This document shows, one piece after another, positions 54,166 through 61,960 of a DNA stretch of 64,000 nucleotides. The DNA is taken from positions 283,233-347,232 of IMG/VR virus record IMGVR_UViG_3300027834_000005; one strand, given 5' to 3'. Each line of letters opens with the position of its first letter. The first letter of the stretch is position 1. The position numbers were made by a program, and so were the translations under genes. Below the pieces are notes generated by a model. That model had not been told where the DNA came from. It saw only the letters and a list, made by a program, of their open reading frames with translations, and did not search any database.

Positions 54166-56388
54166 ATGTCTAAACGTGATATCGAAAACATTGTAACAAC
54201 AGCAGTTGAATTGGCACGCTCTAACAAGCACGAATATTTAACAGTAGAGCATTTACTTTGGGCGGTTCTGGACGACAAGGGCGTAGTGCAAGTTATTACT
54301 GATATTGGTGGCAAGCCTACCCGTATCAAGGGTGATTTGGACAAGCACTTAGCCAGTGACTTATCCAACTTATTGCCATCACATGAACATGGTGACGACC
54401 CGAAGAAAACATCTTCTGTTGACCGTATCATGCGTCGTTCTTTAGCGCAGCATATGTTCTCTAACAGCCAAGACATCACAGGCTTGAACGTGTTGGTTTC
54501 CATCATGAGCGAAGATCGTTCACAGGCAGTAGCCATTTTAACAGCGCACAAAGTTACTAAAGACGCGGTGTTGGCGAAATTGAAAGGTAAAAGCAAGAAA
54601 AAACCAGGTGAAGAAACAGATCTTGAAAAATACTGTAAAAACCTTAACGAGCAAGCCGAAGAAGGTAAAATCGATCCGGTTATTGGTCGTGAAACTGAAA
54701 TCAAAGATATGGTCGAAATGATCGCACGTCGCAAGAAAAGCAACGTAATCTTCACGGGTCAACCAGGTGTTGGTAAGACTGCGATTGTTGAAGGCTTTGC
54801 CAAAGAAATCTCTGAAGGTAACGTGCCTGAAGCATTGGAAGACAAAATAGTTTTGTCTCTTGATATCGGCGCGTTAATGGCTGGTACTAAGTATCGCGGC
54901 GAATTTGAAGAGCGTATGAAAAACGTTCTGGATGAAATCGAAGAGAAAGGTAACGTTGTTCTTTTCATCGATGAAATCCACATGATCATGGGTGCCGGTG
55001 CGGGTTCTGGTGGTTCAGTTGACGCAAGTAATTTATTGAAGCCTGCGTTGGCAAGCGGTCGTATGATTTGTGTTGGTGCTACTACTGATGATGAGTACGC
55101 AACTCACTTCGAAAAAGATCGTGCCTTAATGCGTCGTTTCCAACGTTTGGATGTGCAAGCGCCAAGCGTAGAAGATTCCAAGCGTATCTTGGAAGGTGTT
55201 AAGAAGTACTACGAAGAGTTCCATGGCGTAACTTACGATGCCGATACACTGAACATGTGTGTTGACTTGTCTGAGCGTTATGTTAAGACTCGCTTACTTC
55301 CTGATAAAGCCCTTGATATCATGGATTCGGCTGGTGCAAAAGCGAAGTTGGATAAATTGCCTACGGTAACAATCGATATGGTTCTTGAACGCACAGCCAA
55401 GATGGCGAAAATGCCTCTTGACATGTTAGACCTGAAAGAAAATGAATCATTGTTAAATCTTGATAGCCGTGTAAAAGACATCGTCTTCGGCCAAGATGAA
55501 GCGATTGATCTAATGGTTGAATCCATTGCTCTTTCTAAGTCCGGTCTTCGTGAAACGAATAAGCCTATTGGTTCATTCCTGTTCGTTGGTCCGACTGGTA
55601 CTGGTAAGACTCACGTTTGTAAGACTCTTGCTGAGCAAATGGGTGTATCTCTGGTTAAATTCGACATGTCAGAGTACATGGAGAAACACAGTGTGGCTCG
55701 TTTGATTGGTGCACCTCCAGGTTATGCTGGTCATGGTGAAGGTGAAGCAGGTTCAGGCCAGCTTATCTCACAAGTTGAGAAAAACCCTAACTGCGTGTTG
55801 TTGTTGGATGAGATCGAAAAAGCTGATCCAGCGGTGTTAACTGTATTGTTACAGGTGATGGAAGACGGCGTACTTACTGGCGGTACTGGTAAGAAAGTTG
55901 ACTTCTCTAACTGTATCATCATCTTCACCAGTAACTTGGGTGCGGCTGCGGCAGAGAAGCGTTCAATCGGTTTCGGTAACGATGCGAATGAAGGTAAGAT
56001 CAAAGAAGCAGTTAAGAAGCACTTAACTCCTGAGTTCCGTAACCGTATCGACCATATGGTTGAATTCAAGCCTCTTGGCGAAGAAGAAATGGGTTACATC
56101 GTTGTTAAGTCTATCGATGACTTGAACAAAATGGTTGAAGCAAAAGACATTACTGTCAGCGTATCATTAGCTGCTCGTGAATGGCTTGCTACAAACGGCT
56201 ATGACAGAACAATGGGTGCTCGTCCTTACAAGCGCTTATTTGAGAACTTAGTTAAAAAGCCATTAAGTAAGAAAATCATCGGTGGTGAGCTTATCGACGG
56301 CGGAAAAGTGTCCGTGGGCGTGAAAGACGATGAGCTGACTATCAGCGTCACCAAAGCCAAGGTTGTGACTCCTGCCGCCGAGGCATAA
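54166..56388 (+). CDS. clpA: ATP-dependent Clp protease ATPase subunit ClpA
   Basis: N-domain HEYLTVEHLL, NBD1 GQPGVGKT/KYRGEFE/FIDEIH, NBD2 GPTGTGKT/LLDEIEK, IGF loop, no middle domain. Confidence 0.95.
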   Translation: MSKRDIENIVTTAVELARSNKHEYLTVEHLLWAVLDDKGVVQVITDIGGKPTRIKGDLDKHLASDLSNLLPSHEHGDDPKKTSSVDRIMRRSLAQHMFSNSQDITGLNVLVSIMSEDRSQAVAILTAHKVTKDAVLAKLKGKSKKKPGEETDLEKYCKNLNEQAEEGKIDPVIGRETEIKDMVEMIARRKKSNVIFTGQPGVGKTAIVEGFAKEISEGNVPEALEDKIVLSLDIGALMAGTKYRGEFEERMKNVLDEIEEKGNVVLFIDEIHMIMGAGAGSGGSVDASNLLKPALASGRMICVGATTDDEYATHFEKDRALMRRFQRLDVQAPSVEDSKRILEGVKKYYEEFHGVTYDADTLNMCVDLSERYVKTRLLPDKALDIMDSAGAKAKLDKLPTVTIDMVLERTAKMAKMPLDMLDLKENESLLNLDSRVKDIVFGQDEAIDLMVESIALSKSGLRETNKPIGSFLFVGPTGTGKTHVCKTLAEQMGVSLVKFDMSEYMEKHSVARLIGAPPGYAGHGEGEAGSGQLISQVEKNPNCVLLLDEIEKADPAVLTVLLQVMEDGVLTGGTGKKVDFSNCIIIFTSNLGAAAAEKRSIGFGNDANEGKIKEAVKKHLTPEFRNRIDHMVEFKPLGEEEMGYIVVKSIDDLNKMVEAKDITVSVSLAAREWLATNGYDRTMGARPYKRLFENLVKKPLSKKIIGGELIDGGKVSVGVKDDELTISVTKAKVVTPAAEA

Positions 56389-56411
56389 GTTACTCAGCCA
56401 ATGTAAGTAAG

Positions 56412-56438
56412 AAAAAAAGCACCTTCGGGTGCTTTTTT
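56412..56438 (+). terminator. Intrinsic (bidirectional-type) terminator
   Basis: A7-GCACC-TTCG-GGTGC-T6. Confidence 0.88.
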
Positions 56439-56471
56439 CGTTTCTGCCATATACATAATTCTTAAAGAACG

Positions 56472-56479
56472 GATAAATA
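56472..56479 (+). promoter_or_regulatory. Late promoter motif
   Basis: GATAAATA just after the clpA terminator, 22 nt before ATG 56502. Confidence 0.6.
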
Positions 56480-56501
56480 GTCGAGAGAAAAGGAAATTCT
56501 A

Positions 56502-56906
56502 ATGACTGTTCAAAAATCCGTAGTAATGATGACAAACACTGGGCGACAATTCGATGTCGTTGGTGAGGCATACCGCGCAGATGGCTACTGGGGTTATTCA
56601 GACGGACTCCACACAATATCCGCGTCGTACCAAAACTTCAAGGGTAACTTGAGGATTCAAGGTACACTATCAACTAATCCAGAAGATAACGATTGGTTCG
56701 ACATAGACATTAATCCCACAGACAACCGTATCCCGTTTATAGAATTCGATGGGGAATCTGGCGTGAACGGATTTTCATTCGTTGGAAACTTCGTTTTTCT
56801 GAGAGCTATCTTAGATCGTTCATGTAGACACGATCTAGAACCTGACGTGAATGGTAAAGCATTCATAGAGCAGGGACAAATCGATAGAATTCTTTTAGTA
56901 ATGTAA
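56502..56906 (+). CDS. Conserved-type jumbo phage structural protein
   Basis: ADGYWG..DGLHT...F.G...IQGTL..NP...DWFDI...GNFVFLRA. Confidence 0.6.
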   Translation: MTVQKSVVMMTNTGRQFDVVGEAYRADGYWGYSDGLHTISASYQNFKGNLRIQGTLSTNPEDNDWFDIDINPTDNRIPFIEFDGESGVNGFSFVGNFVFLRAILDRSCRHDLEPDVNGKAFIEQGQIDRILLVM

Positions 56907-56921
56907 CGAAGGGGGAATATA

Positions 56922-59900
56922 ATGCCAATTTCAAGTAGTAGTACAATAACAAATGGTTTCGTGCCAGATTTCAGGCTAAACGACGTGACAGCTGGGGATG
57001 TTCTCATCTACAGTAACGCACAACGAGCTTTTATTAATAACGACGGTTCAGATTTGAACCTATCAGTGGGTAGCACAGACATTGAAGATTTCAGCATCCT
57101 TACTCAGCACATTAGTGCGTCTGAGTTTGGCGGAACAGAAGGCCAAGTGTTGGCTATTGGACCGAGCGGTGAGTTAGTGTGGAAGACATTAACAGGCGGA
57201 GCACCAACATTACTGAACATGGGCGACTTATTAGACGTTAATGATTTCGGTAAGGTCACTGGATCTTCATTAGTGTTTGATGGTGCCGAATGGATCATAG
57301 GCGAAAATAGTCTAGACGGATTAGACGGTGTAGAGATTACTGCCGCAGCAGACACTGAGATGTTGGTATATAGTGCCGGTGACTCAGCTTGGAAAAATCA
57401 ATTAGTAAACATCTCAAACCTTAATGATGTAAGTGCTACAGCTCCTACAACAGGTGACGTGCTTTCATGGGATGGTGCTGAGTGGATTCCTGCGCTTGCC
57501 AGTTCATTAACTTTGTCACTGGATGACTTAACAGACGTTAACGTTGACGGCACACAAGTAGCCAATCAAGTATTAATGTGGGATGGTGCTGAGTGGATTC
57601 AGGGTGATATAGATTACGCCAATGTAACCAACACTCCAGACTTAGGCCTGTACACATTGACTGCAGACTTAGCTGCTGTGGCATTGTCGGGTGACTATAA
57701 CCAATTACTTAACTTACCAGTTTTATTCTCTGGTGACTATGGTGATCTAACCAACGTGCCTGCTGAATTTACACCAGCTGCGCATAATCATACAGTTTCA
57801 GATATAACTGACATAGCGTCATTGAATATTCCTTCTGTATTAGACGACCTAACAAACGTTAATGCTGGGTCACCTAATGACGGAGACTTCATTACGTGGG
57901 ATAACAACTCAAGCGTATGGGTAACTACAGGAGTATCTGTTTCCTTAGCTACTCTGCCTGATGTTACGCTAACAACGCCTACAATCGATCAGTACTTAAA
58001 GTATGACGGTAGTGTATGGGTTAATGCTGGTATTTCAGCATCTGATATCGTTGATTTCGAGATGTCTGTGTATGCTCTTAACGAGAACATGACGTACGCG
58101 GAGTTAAGTGATACTGGCACACCTACAGACGGATACATGAGATGGAATACGAACACAGTATCGTACGACGCTGCTATTCCTGCTGCGGACGTGTCTGGTT
58201 TGTCACAAGTTGCCACTACTGGTAACTATGCTGATTTATCTAATGTGCCATCTACGTTCACTCCAGAATCTCATAACCACACTCTATCAGATATTTCAGA
58301 CGTTGTCACCTCATCTATTGTGGATGGCGAAGTATTAGTGTATAATGCCAATGCATTGACATGGGTAAATAAAACCTTGACTATCGGTGACGTTATTGCT
58401 AATGGTGTCGCTGGTGAAGTTGTTAAGTGGAATGATACCTCCTCTGAATGGGAAGGTTCACCTCTTGCTCTTGGAGAGATTTCTAATGTAACAGATAATG
58501 CTGTTATAGGTGACACTCTTAAGTTTAACGGTAGCGCATGGGTCAATGGAAAAGTTAATTACAATGAGTTAACAGGATCTATTCCTTTACCACCACCGCA
58601 TGACCATGTGTCTGCGGACATCACTGATTTGACAGCTACTATACAAGCAGAGAACGTGAACTTCACGTTTGCTAGTCTGAGTGATACTAGTACGCCATCT
58701 AATGGCATTCTTAAGTGGAACAATGGATCTATGGTGTATGCCGCTCAGATCCCTTATGGTGACGTTGCAGGATTAGCTACTGTAGCAAACACTGGCGATT
58801 ATAATGATCTTATAAACACTCCGGCTCCATCAACAGGTGGTGCTTCCGCTATTGTTGATTTAGTAGACACCTCAATGGTTCCAGTTTCTAATGGATGGTT
58901 GAGATGGAATACTGCCGGTACAGTAGTGAACTATCAAACAGATATTACTACCTCTGACGTATCAGGTCTTTCTACTGTAGCATCTACAGGCGAATATAGT
59001 GATTTATTAAATTCACCTACATTCTCTAACTTGGCATTCACTGGTAACTGGAGTGATATTATCAATCCTATGCCTGATTGGAGCACTATTGAGAATATAC
59101 CTTTTGATTTCGTGCCTAAAGCGCATGGTCATGCTATTGATGATGTGGTTGGATTACAAGCTGAACTTGACCTTAAGATAGAATCAGACGTTTCTGTATT
59201 ACCTAGCTTAACGGTTGACTATGACACGCAAGTGACAGGTAATAAGCCTACTATCCCTCTTAACGGAGACTTTAGTTTTGTGGGCCTAAATGATTCATCG
59301 GATGAAGTTTCTGGGACAAGAGCTAGTAAATATTTACGCTGGGATTCATTCGGTCAAGTAGTTGTGTATGAGCAATACATTAATACTGCTAACATCACAG
59401 GACTATCAGCCGTAGCTACCACTGGTGACTACAATGATCTTTTAAATACACCTGACCTCAACACGTTAACGTATGATTATAATGATCTTACAAGCTTGCC
59501 TGATTTGAGTGTGTATGCAGAGAAGACAGAACTTGCTACAGTTGCCACAACTGGTAACTACTATGATTTGAATCATCTTCCTACATTATTTGATGGGAAT
59601 TATACTAGTTTAGCTAATATCCCATCTACGTTCACTCCTAATCAGCATACTCATACGGCTGCTGACATCGTGGGTATCTCTGTTTCTTTGGAACTGAATG
59701 ACCTTACTAATGTTAATGCTAATCCTCTTGAGGAGGGCGATGTATTAGCTTGGGATACGAGCGGCTTTAAATGGGTAGCTAGACGTGGATCTAAAGTGAC
59801 TGGAATGTTAGATGTTGCTGATTTGGCAATCCCTAATGGCTATTTACGTTGGAATGTTAGTGGTAGTGAAGTTTTGTTTGAAGAGAATATTTCTTCAGCT

Positions 59901-60713
59901 AACATTACTGGTCTTTCTACTATGGCTTCGTCTGGTAACATATATGACGCGGTTGACTTCAATGAAAATACCATCGTTGTGGGCGGAGATAACTTCTTGA
60001 CTTGGTCAGGGACAGAATGGGAATGTGTGGAGGCTATAGGCGGAGACACAGGGCCTCAAGGTATTCAGGGTATCCAAGGTATTCAGGGTAATGATGGTCC
60101 TCAAGGTCCTCAAGGCATCCAAGGTATTCAGGGTAATGATGGTGCTACAGGAGCTACTGGTCCTCAAGGTATCCAAGGTCAAGCTGGGCCAGGTATTACA
60201 TATAAAGGTACTATTGCCTCAATCGCTGGATTACCAGCGGCTGGTAACGTAGGTGACATGTATGTTCTTATAGCTGATGATTTACCTGCTACTGCCGGTG
60301 ACAGATTCGTAGATAATGGTGTTACGTTTGATAATACTGGTGCCGGTCAAGCTGGTGCAACTGGTGCCGATGGTGCTGACGGTGTTGATGGTGCTACAGG
60401 CGCTACTGGTCCTCAAGGTATCCAAGGTATCCAAGGTATACAAGGTGATGCTGGTGCCCAAGGTAATACTGGTGCTACAGGCGCAACAGGACCTGCTGGT
60501 GCAACTGGTGCTAAAGGTAATACTGGTAACACTGGTCCTACAGGACCTCAAGGTTCTAAAGGTAATACTGGTGACACGGGTCCCACGGGTCCTACTGGAG
60601 CTAATGGTACTAACGGTACTAATGGTGCCCAGATTATCCATCACGGATCAGAGTCGGCTGCAATATCTGCTTCTGCAGGCGACACATTCAATCTACATGT
60701 ATGGACGGTGTAA
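56922..60713 (+). CDS. Long repeat-rich fibre protein with C-terminal collagen-like domain
   Basis: L.DLTDV...VL.WDG.EW repeats, VAT.G.Y.DL.N.P repeats, five HxH motifs, Gly-X-Y tracts from about 60046 to 60620. Confidence 0.85.
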   Translation: MPISSSSTITNGFVPDFRLNDVTAGDVLIYSNAQRAFINNDGSDLNLSVGSTDIEDFSILTQHISASEFGGTEGQVLAIGPSGELVWKTLTGGAPTLLNMGDLLDVNDFGKVTGSSLVFDGAEWIIGENSLDGLDGVEITAAADTEMLVYSAGDSAWKNQLVNISNLNDVSATAPTTGDVLSWDGAEWIPALASSLTLSLDDLTDVNVDGTQVANQVLMWDGAEWIQGDIDYANVTNTPDLGLYTLTADLAAVALSGDYNQLLNLPVLFSGDYGDLTNVPAEFTPAAHNHTVSDITDIASLNIPSVLDDLTNVNAGSPNDGDFITWDNNSSVWVTTGVSVSLATLPDVTLTTPTIDQYLKYDGSVWVNAGISASDIVDFEMSVYALNENMTYAELSDTGTPTDGYMRWNTNTVSYDAAIPAADVSGLSQVATTGNYADLSNVPSTFTPESHNHTLSDISDVVTSSIVDGEVLVYNANALTWVNKTLTIGDVIANGVAGEVVKWNDTSSEWEGSPLALGEISNVTDNAVIGDTLKFNGSAWVNGKVNYNELTGSIPLPPPHDHVSADITDLTATIQAENVNFTFASLSDTSTPSNGILKWNNGSMVYAAQIPYGDVAGLATVANTGDYNDLINTPAPSTGGASAIVDLVDTSMVPVSNGWLRWNTAGTVVNYQTDITTSDVSGLSTVASTGEYSDLLNSPTFSNLAFTGNWSDIINPMPDWSTIENIPFDFVPKAHGHAIDDVVGLQAELDLKIESDVSVLPSLTVDYDTQVTGNKPTIPLNGDFSFVGLNDSSDEVSGTRASKYLRWDSFGQVVVYEQYINTANITGLSAVATTGDYNDLLNTPDLNTLTYDYNDLTSLPDLSVYAEKTELATVATTGNYYDLNHLPTLFDGNYTSLANIPSTFTPNQHTHTAADIVGISVSLELNDLTNVNANPLEEGDVLAWDTSGFKWVARRGSKVTGMLDVADLAIPNGYLRWNVSGSEVLFEENISSANITGLSTMASSGNIYDAVDFNENTIVVGGDNFLTWSGTEWECVEAIGGDTGPQGIQGIQGIQGNDGPQGPQGIQGIQGNDGATGATGPQGIQGQAGPGITYKGTIASIAGLPAAGNVGDMYVLIADDLPATAGDRFVDNGVTFDNTGAGQAGATGADGADGVDGATGATGPQGIQGIQGIQGDAGAQGNTGATGATGPAGATGAKGNTGNTGPTGPQGSKGNTGDTGPTGPTGANGTNGTNGAQIIHHGSESAAISASAGDTFNLHVWTV
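60046..60620 (+). repeat. Collagen-like Gly-X-Y repeat (two tracts split by a short globular insert)
   Basis: [10 protein letters not shown] / GATGATG repeats; DNA repeats of GGTATCCAA/GGTATTCAG. Confidence 0.9.
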
Positions 60714-60714
60714 C

Positions 60715-61158
60715 ATGGGAATAGCATTTAACGGACAGGACGCACTTGTTGCGTCCAACGGACAAAAGATAACAGGAGCTGCGTTTAACGGTGCGAAAGT
60801 GTACCCTCCTATTTTATCTTCCATAACACTTGTTGCCGAAGTTATACAATTTGGTGGTGAAACAGGTTTTAGACCAGTACCTTCTGGGTTCATTGGATCT
60901 GTGACACCATCTAATGTTGGAAGTAGACAGCTTACGTGGTTCACGACGTCTACGGTTAGTAACACTATGTCTATACAGATGAGTGGTTCTTATAATGGCG
61001 GGTGGAATTCAGTTGCTATTGCTGGGTCTGGATTTAACCAAACCTTTAATAGAACTAGCTTATCATTTGGAACCAGTGGTGGTGTTTCTTCATGGCACGG
61101 TTCATCGATAAGCTCGTTCTTTGTTGATGGCCAGACTTACTCTCTGACATTCACCTAA
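60715..61158 (+). CDS. Small fibre-associated tip/adhesin-like protein
   Basis: ATG 60715 follows the fibre stop; upstream part of track ORF 60316 is a collagen shadow. Confidence 0.6.
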   Translation: MGIAFNGQDALVASNGQKITGAAFNGAKVYPPILSSITLVAEVIQFGGETGFRPVPSGFIGSVTPSNVGSRQLTWFTTSTVSNTMSIQMSGSYNGGWNSVAIAGSGFNQTFNRTSLSFGTSGGVSSWHGSSISSFFVDGQTYSLTFT

Positions 61159-61491
61159 TTATTCAGACTCTTCGTCTTTATGACCCAAGGGGCTTAACGT
61201 CCCTTCAATATTATCATCTCTCAACATATCAAGATTAATAAAACGTTCGGCGAACTGAGGGTATTCTACTTTCAGGTAATCGACTACGTGTGGGCGAACA
61301 TCACATAGGTGATCGTCTCTATTCAATGATTTCAACAGAGTCTTCAAGTTAGGCGTATCAAAAATAGGCAATATGTATGCCTGTGCCTCTTCTGGGGTTA
61401 GTGGGTGTTTCATAATCTTCTTGAATTTCACTAAACCGTCATTATCCGGTAATTTTACCAGATCATCATTTGTAATATCGTTAATATCCAC
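61159..61491 (-). CDS. Late hypothetical protein
   Basis: GTG 61491 with SD GAGG, downstream of GATAAATA (61514-61521). Confidence 0.55.
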   Translation of the reverse strand: MDINDITNDDLVKLPDNDGLVKFKKIMKHPLTPEEAQAYILPIFDTPNLKTLLKSLNRDDHLCDVRPHVVDYLKVEYPQFAERFINLDMLRDDNIEGTLSPLGHKDEESE

Positions 61492-61513
61492 GGTACTGTC
61501 CTCTGTTATACTG

Positions 61514-61521
61514 TATTTATC
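61514..61521 (-). promoter_or_regulatory. Late promoter motif
   Basis: GATAAATA on the minus strand. Confidence 0.5.
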
Positions 61522-61562
61522 ACATATCATGCCACTAATTACGCTTATTGTAAACAAACCAT

Positions 61563-61591
61563 TTTACAAATGTAAACTCTTGTGGTATAAT
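61563..61591 (+). promoter_or_regulatory. sigma70 promoter with an inverted repeat over -35
   Basis: TTTACA-17 bp-TATAAT; TTTACA-AA-TGTAAA. Confidence 0.7.
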
Positions 61592-61618
61592 AGCCCCTCA
61601 AGTCAAGGAGGACATAAT

Positions 61619-61885
61619 ATGTCAGACGAAAATGTACAACACTACTCAGATAACGACGTTCAACGCTTAACCGATGTGATCAACGAGGGTGTTCAGTTGA
61701 AGCACGAAATTGACACGCTTCAAGGTGGCTTAAAAGACACCGTTAAGGCAATCGCCGAAGAAGTAAACGTGAAGCCAGCACAGCTTAACAAAGCTATCAA
61801 CATCATCTACAAAAACTCTCTTTCTGAAGAGCAGCATAAGTTTGATGAAGTATTAGAAATTATCCAAGCCGTAGGCAAGGGTTAA
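61619..61885 (+). CDS. T4 DsbA-like double-stranded DNA-binding protein
   Basis: 88-aa helical protein, L...INEGV.L..EI..L...LKD....I.EE....P..LNKAI..IYK; SD AGGAGG; true start 61619. Confidence 0.65.
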   Translation: MSDENVQHYSDNDVQRLTDVINEGVQLKHEIDTLQGGLKDTVKAIAEEVNVKPAQLNKAINIIYKNSLSEEQHKFDEVLEIIQAVGKG

Positions 61886-61912
61886 TTATAGCTATTATAT
61901 ACCATATGCTAA

Positions 61913-61934
61913 CTGCAGTCAAGGATGGCTGCAG
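61913..61934 (+). promoter_or_regulatory. Hairpin in the polB leader (candidate translational operator)
   Basis: CTGCAGTCA-AGGA-TGGCTGCAG (one G-U pair), 14 nt upstream of SD AAGGAG. Confidence 0.5.
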
Positions 61935-61960
61935 AAAATACGTGAGTAAAGGAGAGACTC

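Noticed and set aside
60316-60714. N-terminal half of track ORF 60316..61158
   Set aside because: It is an alternate-frame shadow of the collagen repeat (VL/LV periodicity). The plausible gene starts at 60715.
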